Origin: Raillietiella orientalis
Taxonomy: Eukaryota
Assembly: GCA_036172245.1 (NCBI GenBank)
Contig: JAYWIR010000035.1
Coordinates: forward strand, 1,736,001-1,800,000
Length of the DNA stretch: 64,000 nt
Direction of reading: 5' to 3'
This document shows, one piece after another, positions 51,700-64,000 of the stretch; position 1 is the first letter of the stretch, and each line of letters begins with the position of its first letter. The position numbers and the translations under genes are program-made. The notes under the pieces were generated by a model. That model did no database searches. It was not told where the DNA came from and saw only the letters and a program-made list of their open reading frames with translations.

Positions 51700-53300
51700 A
51701 GAACTCGAGCGTCCTCTGTTGCGCTTCTGTCTTTCCTCTCGATGGGAAGGGGAAGGGGAGGTGACCATCCATGGCTAGCTTTCTACGCGGAGACACTGAG
51801 CTCGAAGACCCACTTGTGGAGCGACTCCGGGAGCAAGAAATCCCTCCGAAAGATGGCGCCGTTGTTTGTGCCACCACTCCCGCCTGCCATACAGACCTCG
51901 ATTAAGTTCATTCGTCAGTTCCAATAGAAGGACCTCTGGTGTCCGACTGCTTCCCAGGCAACTTCCAGCATCCATCCTCTTCGCTCCCGTCTCCGATCAG
52001 CTCGAGCGCCCGGACAATGTTCTTTTCCACTACTTCAGACGACGGTCATCTTCTGCGATTGGGGTCCTTGGTCTTCACGTGCCCGGGGAAATCACGGAGG
52101 ACCTCGTCTCACGTTCGAATCGCCAAGCAGTCATCGACCGTTCGTCCTTGTCGGAGGGATTCGTACGGAATCTTCTGGAACACCGTCGCACCGCCAGCCA
52201 TTTCTTTCGATCTTTTGACATATGAATCTCCCGTCATGAAAGTCTCCTTATTTCCCTTCCCTGCTGAAACGTCCTCCTGGAGGAGAGAGAGAGTCTCGTG
52301 GGTTCCACGTTCTCCGATCTCGACAGGTTCTCGTCTGCAGGGAGAACTCGCCTTCCTCACAGAGAGATTTCGGTTTGCAATTCTTATCGGGAAGAGGAGG
52401 AGGAAGAAAGGAGTGACCTCGTCTCCGGCAGCTGCGTCCGCTCAAGGAAAAGTGGTGCGGAATGGAGGGGACTTCCAGTTTCTTTACTAAAGAGACAACG
52501 AAGGAGCGGTTCCCGGCGTCAGTTCAGAGCAGAGCGCGCCTCATTTCCTTGGATCTCAGTCACCGCGGGCGTGACGAATCGCTAAGAAATTTTTGGGCAT
52601 TCTTCCAGATGTGACCCTGGAACCAGCAGCAACTGATGAAGCTTCGAGCGCATTCTTATCGTCACGTGACCGTCGCACGCAAACCAGCGCGTCGTCCGAG
52701 AGGCTTCTCCAGCCTGCCAGTGGCCGGCATCCGAAGCACGCGGCTTTCGGCATTTGTCCGTGGGGGCGGAATCGCCTTTCCTGTCTCTTCTGGCAACAAG
52801 ACGAGGTGGCAAATCCGTTCTTGTCGAGGGCCGAATCAGGTGGGCAGTGGGTCCCCCCCCCTTTTCCTTTCTGTCGCGGATTCGTAATCGCCGCACGCTG
52901 TTTCGGATGGCAGGTAAAAACAGGGTGGGAGGGCTCGAGTCGTCTCCTAGCAGCAGCCTTTCGATTACGCATCGTTGGAATCCACGCGATCGCTGTCTTT
53001 GCGCCGGGCGCATGGGGAGGAGTGCGAAGATTCGAGTGCTGAGAACTGGAATCGCCGTTTCCTCCTTTCCATGAAGCTTCCTTCCACTCGATCCCGGGGC
53101 AAAGAACCGACCCGATGCAACTCCTCAGAGAAGGAACCTCGCCTGACGAGCTGCCGGGATGACTGGTGGCAAAGTGATCTAATACTAGGTGGATGCGAGG
53201 TTCTGTTTCTTATACACTCGCGCACGTGCGCTTTCATGTTGACTGCCCTTTTCCCATTGCTGGCCGATGCCTCCTGTCTTCCCGTGCAATCTGGTCCTCT
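51700..53300 (-). mobile_element. L1/Tx1-like ORF1/ORF2 debris (gag-like knuckle and RT fragment)
   Basis: GQMPKAACFGC/..GH at ~52720-52760 (ORF1 CCHC-like) and QGRTVDDCL at ~52123-52148 (~GRxIxDN of L1/Tx1 RTs). Confidence 0.4.
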
Positions 53301-53369
53301 CTCACATCCCTGGAAACAGTTGGGCGAGAGAGCGTCTCCTAAAACCGCCGCCGCAAATCTTACCAGTTG

Positions 53370-54150
53370 ACTACTGCGTTTCCAGCCGGGTGCCTCGGGG
53401 CGTTTATTAGTAATGCTACACGTTCATCTCTGACGGAATCTGCCGAGAGGGAGGTGGGCAGACCGGCGAGGTTCGCCTTGGCAGCAAAGCGGAGGAGCAC
53501 ACACGAAGATAAAAGAAAATATAAAAAAAACCTATGGGGGTTCGGGAAGGGATAGCTGCCTGCTGCAGAGCGTCTTCTACATCCTTTCTAGGACACCGGC
53601 AAGTTCCTTCTGCATAATTCGCAGAGTGGGGCCACCTCGATGCTATCCGTAGGAAGCGGATGGCAAGGTGGGTTGTGTCCCTGTCGTCCTGGCCTTCTCT
53701 GCCGTTGCCACGATCCCGCGGAGGCAGCAAAGAGAGCTGCTAGGCACGCGGCTGGGGCGGTAGGACATCACGCACGAAGTGCCGCTTTGAAACGTCCCTG
53801 GGGTTGCCAACCGGGATGTGAAAGGTCGTGACTAAACGTCTCCACGAGGGTCGGAGGGCAACGCAATCCACATGCAGGTGCGGGGGTGGATCGCTCTCCG
53901 CACCTGCTGCAGCTAGGATCCACAACCCTCAGGATCCAGTGATGTAGGCCGGCGTTTCTCGGCAGGTCTTAATGCAACAGCAGGATCGCCGACTCCTTCC
54001 ACTTGAGAGGGAGGGTGTGGGCGTTCCGCAGCTCTGGGGACCATTCCCGCGGAATTCTGAGTCGCTCTCCCCAGCGCAAGAGTCCATTCGGTGGAGAAGG
54101 GGGGCACTTGGGGTCGCAACGCCTGCGAACTGGCCGGTAGTGCAACCAAT
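53370..54150 (-). mobile_element. L1/Tx1-like LINE, degenerate 3' portion (copy E)
   Basis: Minus strand: LLRWGERLRIP...KWKESAILLLH*DLPRNAGLHHW...HLHVDCVALRPSW...RFLRIASRWPH; UTR ends AATAAACGCCCCGAGGCACCCGG. Confidence 0.78.
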
Positions 54151-57100
54151 CAGTTGATCACTGCGTGGTGGACCTGGTTGTCATCTGCTGTTAATTATGG
54201 TGTTCCAAATCAGCTCATTCGCACCTAACTGGACCCACTTCGTCGCTTGGATACTAGCAGGGATCAACAACCCGCCTCCTGAGCACGCGTTTTCGATTCA
54301 TGACAGCGTTTCGGGTAACAAGGGACTCAGAGTCCTACCGGGTCAACATCAGATGCCTCTTTTCCTTTATGGACCGGAGATGGACCGATGCTACGATTGG
54401 CTTCCTCCATCCTTGATTTGGGACTCCATCCCATCGACAGCGACGTGCTCATAGGGTATTTGAAAATGCTAGCCTTTGTTCCCACGGGAACTAAGCGCCG
54501 CGGAATTCATGCGCTGGGGCAGCACACCTGCTGGCCTGCTTAGCCCACTCTCGGGAGCGACTCGCAGACCTCGGCTTGATCGCTCCAAGCATCTTAAGGA
54601 AGATGCTGGAGCTGCTGAAAGACTCTCGAGTGTTGTGCGAACGAAGGAACCTTCGAAAGTCACCCAAAATCTCCAGAGCGAGTATCGACCGTGGGTCAGC
54701 TGGGGCAAGAGAATTTAGTGCCTCGTTTGGGCCCTCCTCTGGAGGAGGGAAGAGAACGATGTTCTGGCACCGTTCCGAGAGCCACTCTTGATCCACCGAT
54801 CTGGATCGAAGGCTTCCTGGGTGACTCCGAGCACAACGCGTGAAGCTTGCTCGCTTCCGATTTCCTGGAGTCATCAAGCACACGATCGGGTGCAGGAAGG
54901 ACCTCAGAAAATTCGGGAAAGGCTTCCCTGAGGAAGAAGGAGGCCTCATCAAATCCTACCCTATCGCCCGCCAACATCTTGCAATGATTCCTTCGTTATC
55001 GCTCCGTTACTTCACGCCGTAGGAAGTTGCCGAGCTCGGTGTTTTTGCCCGGTAGATGTTTTCGAAGGACCTCAGACGACCGCTCCGTAGGGTCAGAGAT
55101 GTCATTCTGGCCAGTTGTTTGGCGAGCCAAAGAGGAGCCGAGCGTCTCCCCGTCGAAGAGCGCGCGTGCAGAACGAAGGGGAGCTTTTGCTGCAGCAAGG
55201 CAGGGAAGGAGGCGCCTGCGCGTTCCGTCCTCTCAAAGGCTCGGGGAGGGTCACGAAGGAAACGTGAAGGAATTCCCTCCCGCACACCGTCGGAGGGGCT
55301 GGCGGTTCGCGCCTCCCGGCTGCTTTTTCGAACGCGAAAAGTCTGCAGCTTCCTCGCTTCCGTTTTCGGCCGAGTCGGGAAAGGGCCTCCGTTGTCTTCT
55401 AGAGACTCCGACGAAAAAGCGCTCCTGTCTTTGCTGGCATCTCTGAAGACGATGATTAGCTCTGGATTGAATAGAGGCAGTCAGAGTGCCGGCTTGCGCG
55501 GACAGGTCGCGTTTGTCGCATTCCTTGGCTCCCACGGACTTCCTAATCCATCATGAACTTTCCTTTGAGCTTCGGCCCTTTTCTTCGAAGTCTTCAAAAC
55601 GCGATCTCTCCTTGTACTGGATCGTGTAATGAGTCATCATCATTTTGGCGTTCTCTGGAAAACACCTGCAGATTCCTTCCTACGTGGTGACAAATTTCCG
55701 ATACGCTCCAGCGTGGTCCTTCGCCCGAGAGCACGCGGTGTTCTGTTTGCAAATGACCGTTTGTGTTTGCCCCTCGCTTTTTCGATCGCGGTGCATCTGC
55801 GAGGGGAGGGGAGGGGGAGTGCCGGATGTTCCCGTGGAAAAGGTGCAGAGATGTCATTTGTTGCTCCTCTCCTTTCTCCTTCAGTCCATGCGGCGTTTCC
55901 AGTTTCCATAATCTTCGGTCTTCCCCCTGGCTCCCTGGTAATCTCGCGGGATCGCTTCCGATGGCGACAATAAAGAGATCCCAAGCCTATCCCCGAATGC
56001 TCATAATCTAATCTGGTGTTGCGATGGCATCGCTCAGGAGCATTTGCGTGCCCGAGAAGGCGGAAACCTTCTGCTTGCCTCCGCCTCAGGATTTAGGGCC
56101 CCCGTTCCCTAAATATCGGGGAGGGGGAGAAGGGGAGATTCCTCCCGATTTTGTCGGAGCCCTGTTTTGTACCTCGGGGGAAAATCGACACGAGGCCTTC
56201 ATCACGGCCGCTGTCTTCGTTCTTTCCTTCTCGCAGGTGTCTCCCTGTCGTTCCCTGCAATCTGCCGACTCTTTTCTCAAAGCGCTCAAACGGTGGAATC
56301 AGCTCTCGCTGGTTCCGGGACACGCCTCTTTTCCTTCGCGTTCCTGAAAAGCTCCGCGGACCAAAAACTCAGGTGGCCAAGTGTGGTTGCTACGCGTACT
56401 TCAAGAACTCCCTTCATTCAGTTGGAGTTTGTTCTTCCCGGCGGCCAGCTGCCCCGGACCCCGATCGAATTGCTCACCGAACCGGGACGTTCTTATTCAT
56501 TCTTGATGAAATGACCGGCGGTGGCCGAATTGGAGCTGAGGCGTGGACAGCGTTTTCAGGTCACGACGTGCTATTAACAAGACTCCACTTACCCAGATGC
56601 GGCAAGGTCGCTTGCGAAGAACTCTCGTTGTTTTATCTCGGGCTCGGAAACGGGTCCCCTCCTTCTTTTAACAGGTCTTGTTCGTACGGCAAACCTTCCC
56701 CCTGTCCAATTCGGCAAAGTTGATGCTCCTCGACAGCATCTTCTTCAGAGCCGTCGCCCGCGTTTTTGCCATCTAAATCTCCCCGATTTCTCAAGTCCGT
56801 TGGTCCTTTTCCCAATCCAGCTCTTATCTCCAACCGAAATTGCAATCAATCTCTTCCTCCGAGAAGACCTTTCAGAAGTGACTAATAAAGCATCTGCCTT
56901 CCAAGCGTTCATTGGTACTCCTGCTCTTCCGATTGTGTTCCTGATGAAAATCTATGGTCGTTAACATGCAGGCTCCTTCTTTATAGCCAGATACCCTTTG
57001 TTTCTCGGTGCGTTCTTTGAAACTCGTGTTCTCTCACGTCCCTGCATCTGGAACGCTTTCCTTGGCGAGCTCGCACGTCTCTGCGATTCCGTCTGGCCCT

Positions 57101-57399
57101 CCACTTTTCTTGGAAGCACGCACTAGAGGGAAAACAACATCGTCTCTGTAATAAACCAATCTTCTGAAGTGAGAAGAACCCATCTTCGTGCAATTATTTT
57201 AATTAATTAATTAAGAGGGGGCTCGAACTATTCACGGACAACTGAAATTTCATTTTCAGGTTTCCGTTTTTTTTTTTCTTTTAAATATAAAATGTAGCAA
57301 TTCTTCGTTTGAAAGGAGCACTTGTTAACAGCTGAAGGGGGTGGGCGGGTTGGTGGGTGGTCTCTGAGAAACAGGTAAGGCGGGCGGGAGCGCACGCTC

Positions 57400-58880
57400 T
57401 ACGTTTCGGGTTTGGTCGGACGAGCCAGACGCAGGATCGCATCACGGAGAGGCTGCTGTTTTCGAGGATTACGGGAAGGCAGAGAGAAGTTCCGCAATAA
57501 AAGGCAAACAAGGTTCTGGCTGGAAAGAATGGCCTCCTTCACTTTCGGGAGCACGGACGCAAGTTGGCGTGCGTGCTCTTCGCGACAGAACGCGCACTCA
57601 CTCGTTCCTTCGGGAAAAAATTCAGCAGCGAGCGTTCCAGAGGGGAACGGGACGATTTTTCGGCGCTGTCGAGAAAAAAATTGGGGGATCCTCCTAGCGA
57701 ACACCTGATGCATCATCATCTCGTCTGACGTGCACCCAGAATGATTCCAGGGAACCGTTCCGCCCCCCCAAGCTCGCGTTCTCTTGACCTCGGAAACAGA
57801 GATGCCGAGATGTCCCTCTGTTGAGGATACGCAGAATTAGAGGCCTCTCCGGAATACTCGAGATGACGCTGTGCAGCCAGCGCCGGAAAGCGACGACCGT
57901 GCATCGCAACCAGTTGATGCCACCGAGCGTACACCGCGCACACCACTCCGATTGGAGACTCTCCGACCGCACCGCTGGCTTTCCGGATGTTTCCAGAATC
58001 CACTCACGTCCAAGCGAGACTACCAGACTTTGCTGAGGAGCCTGCCGTCATCTCCTTCCCGCACTGCGTGGGTCGGATGACACCCTTCCTGGAGTTCTTG
58101 CCCTCCTTTTCTCCGGAGTTCCTGCAAAACTTCTGTACTGCTTTTTCATAATCAGTGGTCAGCATCCAGGTCTTCTCAGGGCGCTGCTGAGCAGTCTGCT
58201 CCAGAGAGCGTCCGTGGCAAAAGCGGTCGAGGAACGTTACCAACGTCCCTTTTCAGGTAAGCGTTCGGGAGCCTGCGGCTTCGAAGCAGCCTCCGATGTC
58301 GCGACCCGTCCCTTGCCTCTCTGCCTTCTGGGAACCGCGGAGGCAAAGAACCTCACTGAAGACCTCGTTCGAAGCGGCAGCAGCTCAAGTCCCCCTGCCT
58401 CCTCCCCTCCGGGGAAACATCTCGAGGGTCGGACGTTTGACTCTCCTATACGGACCACTCCTCTCTTGAGCCACCTCGCGCTTCAGTCAGTTCAGTGCAG
58501 CCCCATGCTTTCGCAGAAGGTTGCAAGACCTCAAGCCGTCCGTGCTGGAATGATCCCTGCTTACCGAATGCTTCAGCAACATCTCTTCTCCTCAGCCCGA
58601 AACCCCGCTGTATGGAGCCTGGGCTTCGTCTAGGAAAAAGGGCGCCGGGAGAGGAAGACGCCTCGTCGGAGGCACGAGAGACGCGCGCCCTGTCCTCCTC
58701 GCTTGCGCCACTGCGCCTCTCGGAAAGCAAGGCGCTCTGGGATGGCGCTTCGGAAAACAGCGAGGTCTTCCCGGAAGTGTGCGCGCACTTTCGTGGAACG
58801 GCACTCCCCCCTTGGGACTCGTCTCCAAGACAACTGCATCTCTGAAGGTCCGCGCTGTAGCCTCGTTGCATTCGAGCCGA
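57400..58880 (-). mobile_element. LINE ORF1 (gag-like) remnant
   Basis: CARC.....(H)....C at ~57900-57942 on the minus strand, lying directly downstream of the 3' end of copy D. Confidence 0.3.
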
Positions 58881-58889
58881 TCGCTCCTT

Positions 58890-59720
58890 CAGTCTGTGAC
58901 TACCACCTGGGTGCGCGTTGGGGAGTTTATTTAATAAAAACAAACATTTGCAATCTGTGTGGTAGGACCGGTGGTGCAACCACGTCCGTTTCCACAGGAA
59001 TCTTCCTGGTCGCCGATACGCAGACCAGTGGGGTTCGCCTCGCCCTCTAGAGGAAAGGGTCAAACAAAAATAAAAAAATAAATGTGTAAAATTGGGGGAG
59101 GGGGTTAACGGGAAGTGAGGGAAGGGATCACGGTCTGCTGGAGAAGGTCCATCCTTTCTAGGATGCCGGCAAGTTCCTGCTGGATAGTTCGCAGGGTGGG
59201 GTCATCTTGTCGCCATCCTTATGAAGTGGACGGTAAAGTGGATGACAACCCTGTCGCTCCGTCCTCCTCTTGCGTCACTCCAGGCAGCTACAATGCCGCG
59301 AAGGCAACAGAGAGCTCCTGGCAAGGCTGACGGCCGAAGGGAGTCTCGTAGGAGGGCGGGCCTTAAAGCGTCCCCGGGTTGCCGGCGGGTGTCCCTAAGT
59401 TCACGGGAAAGCGTTCCCAGAGGCGCCGGAGGGCAACGCAATCCACAAGCAGGTGTTGGAGGGATTCGCGTTCCCCTCATCTGCCACAGTTAGGGCTCGC
59501 ATCCCCCCCCTTTCCCGTGTCCAGTGATGCCTGAGAGCGTTGCACGGGAGACCCTAGTGCAGCAGCAGCAGCGCCGACTCCTGCCACTTCAAAGGGAGGA
59601 CGAGAGTGTCCAAAAGTACTGGAGGCCACTGTAGATCTTCCACCGGAATATCCAGCAGCTCGTCCCAGCGCAGAAGTCATCGAGGTGGGGCCCTCGGCGT
59701 CGCAACGTCTGCAAGCTGAG
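58890..59720 (-). mobile_element. L1/Tx1-like LINE, degenerate 3' portion (copy D)
   Basis: Minus strand: LLRWDELLDIPVEDLQWPPVL...WQESALLLLH*GLPCNALRHHW...CGR*GERESLQHLLVDCVALRRLW...ALCCLRGIVAAW; same GTGATCCCTTCCCT stop context and UTR as copy C. Confidence 0.8.
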
Positions 59721-60047
59721 CCGTCGTCCACTCATGCAGTTCTTTTCTCCTGCAGATTTCCACGGAAACCTCCCACTAGCCATGAAGATGATGGGTCTTG
59801 GGGGTCTTTTATGTCTCCTCTGTTTTCCTTCCAGCTTTTGGGGGGAAGGGGGGAGGTTCTTTTTTTTGGTTCGCAGAGTACCTCAAGAACCGTCGCGCCC
59901 CTGGCGGCGGCTCACGCAGCTCTTTAGCACTGTTCCACGCCACCTGAGGGCGCGTGCTAATCTTCAAGCCAGGGTTACTCCGAGAGGTAACCACCCTATG
60001 AATCCGGGAAGGGCTCCGGAGAAAGGGAGTCCCTTCCTTCCACGCCT

Positions 60048-60235
60048 GGGAGGGAACATCGAAGGGAACCTCCTTCCTTATTCTCTCCGGAGGGACCCCC
60101 AGAAGGGACCGCTCCATTGTTTCTTCTCCAAGGGGAACCCGGAAACGATGATCAGCTCCTGGAATTCCTTCCTCGGAGGGAACCCGCAAGGGAACCCGGC
60201 TTCCTTCTCCGAAGAGAACCCCGAAAGGAATTTTC
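60048..60235. repeat. Degenerate tandem repeat, about five units of 35-45 nt
   Basis: Recurrent GGAGGGAACCC..(G)AAGGGAACC...TTC(C)TTCTCC units. Confidence 0.55.
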
Positions 60236-60499
60236 TCACAAGGGCGCTCCCTGAAGGGAGCGGCGCGCTTCTTTGAACTCTGGAGAGACATCATCAATCC
60301 ATCAACTCCTTGGTACGATACAGGGGGTCGCCTCCCCACATAGGGTCCTCTTCTTTGCACAGTCGGAGGAGAACCCCGAAGGAAATCCCCACTCCTTAGT
60401 GACTGACCAGTTATTGTGCGAACCCGCACGATACCTAGTCAAGTGAGTCATCGGCTACGCGGGACTGCCTTCGTTCCTGGCACGGCGGCGCAGACCAAC

Positions 60500-61620
60500 C
60501 ACTGGATCTTCTGCCGGCTCGCGAACGGTAGTGCCTGGTAGCAGGAAACCGTTCTCACGTGGGTCCAGAGCATGGAAGAGAGCCCGGAAACGCGGCAGCA
60601 ACTGCTGCACTCCTTTTATAACAACCGCTCGCCACAGGACGTCATCGTGCAGCAACCCACCACGTGTGCGTGGGCACAAAGAACCTCCCTAGCCGCGGCA
60701 CTGCTCTCCCTCAGGAAGCACCTGGACAGTAACCAGCCGGCCAAACGGGAGGTCCGACATGAGATCGGTGGAAGAGCGAAGGAATGGGGTGGTTGGACCA
60801 GGGGCCAGCTCACGGACTCTGCGACCTCAAGTGCCTCACCGAAAGGGCTATTGCGCTGGGGCGAGCTGCTGGGAATCCCTCAGGGAAACCACGAGTGGCC
60901 CCCAGCTCTGAAGAACGATCGCACCTCCCTCCCTCCGAATAGTGGCTGGAGTCGGCACTTCTGCTGTTGCACTGGGGTCTCCCGAGCAACGCCCGCCGCT
61001 CTCACTGGACCCGGGGGGCTGCGAACTCCAACTGCTGCAGGTGCGAGGAACGGAAATCCCTCCCGCACGTGCTCGTTGACTGTGTTGTCCTCCGGCCCGT
61101 AGGGTTGCGTTAGGCAACGGCCCTTGGTGCAATTCCAGGGACGCCTCTTCGTGCGCGATGCCCTTTCGCCTGCTGCATCCCCGGCAGCTCTTTGCTGCTG
61201 CCTACGGGGAATTGCGGCGGCCTGGAGCTACGCGAGAGGAGGACGGCGCTCTAAGGACGCCATCCGCTTCGCCCTGCGCTTCCTGAGGACGGCAGTCAGA
61301 TGGCCCCACCTGGGGCATACTCGGATGGAACTGGCCTCCATCCTGCAAAGGATGCAGAGGACGTCCTCCAGCTCCCGGTGATCCCTTCCCTAACCGTCCC
61401 AATTTTTTGTACATAGTGTCTTTTTTGCTTTATTTTTATTTCCTGCTTGCCCCCTTCCGCTGCCTAGGAGAACCTCGCCGGCCTGCGTGCCGGATCCTCG
61501 GCACAGGATCCGAACATTTTCGGACAATGTAGGGACGATGGACCTACACGTGTGTCTTTACTATTTTTTATACTAAACCCTCCGGCGTGACCGGGTGATA
61601 AACTATCACACACACACACT
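60500..61620 (+). mobile_element. L1/Tx1-like LINE, degenerate 3' portion (copy C): ORF2 C-terminus with CCHC knuckle plus 3' UTR
   Basis: LLRWGELLGIP...ALLLLHWGLPSNARRSHWTRG...CCRCEERKSLPHVLVDC (C-x2-C-x7-H-x4-C at 61033-61083, the typical non-LTR ORF2 knuckle)...DALSPAASPAALCC...ELASILQRM*, then a T-rich UTR. Homologous to four other copies in the window. Confidence 0.8.
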
Positions 61621-64000
61621 CCTTGATTCTAGCTAGATGCTGCCCGTATGTTCCCTCGGGGAAGGCTGCGCTGCCCGTGCACTCTTTCGAGGATGATCTC
61701 CCGGAGCGAGCAGTTGTCACACGGAATCGTACAGGAACCTCTGTGCCTGTTCTAGGCGTCGCCCACTGATCTTCGCCCACGTGCGAGTAGTTTCCTGCAT
61801 CCAGGCAGTACTGTTTGTGGGGCGGCAAGTGATCCAGGTGTTCGCTCGTTGTGGTCAGCGTGACCAATCGCTGGAGCTTCAGCGGATCACGTCGCGGCGA
61901 CGGCGCTCAAGGAAGGAGGCCAGTCCCATGTTGCCGGTGGCCTGCTGGACGAGGAGGCGTGCAGGTTCGCTCCAGGTGGTGTTCCGCAACCTCACCGCGA
62001 GGACAAGGATCCGAAAGTGGAACCGCAGCAGCTCCACCTCGAGGAAGTCAAGACCGTCTCCCCGGCACGAAGGGTCTCAGTCCGCGAAGGCGGAGGAACG
62101 CCGCACGGCCGAAAGAGGAACGGAATCCGAGGAAGAGACCTCCGAGTGTGATCGCGACCCCGGAAAACGGGTCTCGGGGAGCCATCACACCCGGAGACCT
62201 CTTCCTCAAAGAGTCTCCCTCCTGCAGCTTCTTGGAGACTGCTTCCCGCCAGGAAGCGCGGGTCTGCGAACAGCCCGCGAGAGGCTTGCCCATGAGACTT
62301 GCCTCCTCCACCTCGGCGGGTAGGGCCACCGCTCCGTGGCGGTGTCCTTGGTGCGGAGGCGATAGCCCCGCCTCGGAGGGGATAGGCGGCCCCATCCGGA
62401 AGGTACTGCGACGACGGCCCAGCCCACGGCGGGAGGGGAGCAAGCTGCAGGCATCCGGCGCCACCAGGAGTCGAGGTGGCGGGAGAGGGAAGAAGAAGGG
62501 GGGAAAGGATTCGAGGTGCCAGCGGCATGGGGATGGTCATCGTCCCCTTTGTCCTCGGCGAATCTCTCCCGTCGCTCCCGAAAGCGTCTCTGTCGACTGG
62601 CCTAAGGAGGAATCGGGAGAAGCGGACGGGTTAAGGAGAGAGTTGCAGGAACGGAGGGGAAGGAGGAGGTAACCGGGCGCTTTGTTTCGGTAGCTCTGTT
62701 CTCCCCCCAGGGTGCGCAGAACTAGACGAAGGAGACGACGGCTCTGGGAACGCGGAGGGCCTCCAGCTCGAGGGCCACTCCGCTGCTGCCAAAGACTGAA
62801 GGACGACCGGGAAGCGAGTGGGGAGGGATGAAGTGCCAGATGGAGGCAGCAGGAAGGGTGTGTGGCAACCGATTGGGAGCACTTTGGCGTGAACTGAGCC
62901 CCGGACGGACAGGTCACTTCGTGGCCGAAAGGAAGGAGAGAGGGAGGATGCCCAGGATTGGGCGTATCCTCCCCGTCGTAGTCCCTGGAGTCTCGGAGCC
63001 CCTCAGGAGAGAGGGAGGGAGAGACCTTCCCTTCTCAAGGAGACCCCGGAGCGCCGACCGAGGAAGGAGCTCCGGAGCGTGTAGGCGAGTGCCGCCGTTA
63101 CGCCGGGCGCGCACGTCCATGGAAACGTTCCACCTCAGGGAGGATGCTTATCCGCGCTGACCGTCCGGTGAACTTGCAGATGCGTGGGAGGGGAGGAAGA
63201 AGGGCTCTCTCCTGAGCAGGAGGAGGAGAAAGCCGGCCCTCAGGTGCGCGAATTTTGCGAGGGTCTTCATCAGAAAGCGATGGATCACGACGGGTCACGT
63301 CCTCCTCCTCTGTGCAGGGGCAGCCAGACGCGGACGCGGGCCAAGCGATCCGTCTAAGTGCCGTCCCGCGCAGGGATCGCCAGTGAGGCCACCTGCTCGA
63401 CCTCTGCCACAGAGGGAAAGTAGCGATCCAGAGAGATACTGAGGGAGAGATCTTTTCCATGGTGGGTGTTCCAGGTCACGGCAGTGGTCGTGGAAAGCCC
63501 CAGAGGCCGGTCCTTCACTCACCAGGCGGGACAGGGTGCGCCGTGGGCATTGAGGCCTGACCGGGCGCATCAAAGCGAGAGCAGCTGAAGCCCAGGGCCT
63601 GCCCGCGAGGGGCTCGGGGAACTCCGCTCGAGGAACTTCCAGCAACGGGAGTAGAGTGGACGCTTTGAGCGGCGGCCCATCGGGAGCGAAATGGGGATCC
63701 CGGGGAAGTGGAGGAGAGAGGTCGACCATCCAGGTGGAGGAGGAAGAGGCCCGCGGATCCCTCAAGCACAGCCTGCGGTAGCTAAGAGCATGGGCCTGAG
63801 GGAGTCAGTAGTCATCGGGCCGGCAGGCGCGACGAGGTTTCCGTCGGCGCTAGGTCAAGTGGGCCGGTCCTGGGCCTCCTGGGGTGATGTCATCAGAGGG
63901 AAGGACTGCGAGAGAACCCGCAGGTGAAGCGCGCCGCGGCTCATCACTCGCGGTGATCAGCAAAGCAGCGTGGACGGAAGCACCCGCCGACCCCGGGGAA

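Noticed and set aside
53455..53485. CCTCGC-containing UTR motif as an HDV-like ribozyme
   Set aside because: Could not build the nested double pseudoknot, and such ribozymes normally sit at retroelement 5' ends.

Overview
Eukaryotic (metazoan; the GSK-3 C-terminal region looks arthropod-like) nuclear DNA. Two intact host genes sit convergently in an AT-rich island: an 8-exon GSK-3/shaggy kinase (+, 19133-22690, about 418 aa, six introns of 42-115 nt plus one of 1952 nt) and a single-exon GTPBP1 translational GTPase (-, 24343-26049). Most of the rest is decayed non-LTR retrotransposon sequence of two kinds: RLE-type (R4/NeSL-like) remnants, and a GC-rich L1/Tx1-like family present as at least five 3'-end copies that share a CCHC knuckle and a conserved 3' UTR with no visible poly(A) tail. 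A ~330 bp mitochondrial insertion (NUMT, ~48361-48690) carries the nad1 3' end, trnP and trnT; both tRNAs lack a T-arm and the nad1-trnP adjacency is non-ancestral. Most ORFs in the supplied track are spurious GC-rich frames. Retroelement boundaries are approximate and based on motifs read by eye. I found no clearly new biological system; the best leads are the NUMT, the tail-less LINE 3' end, and the altered GSK-3 regulatory features.
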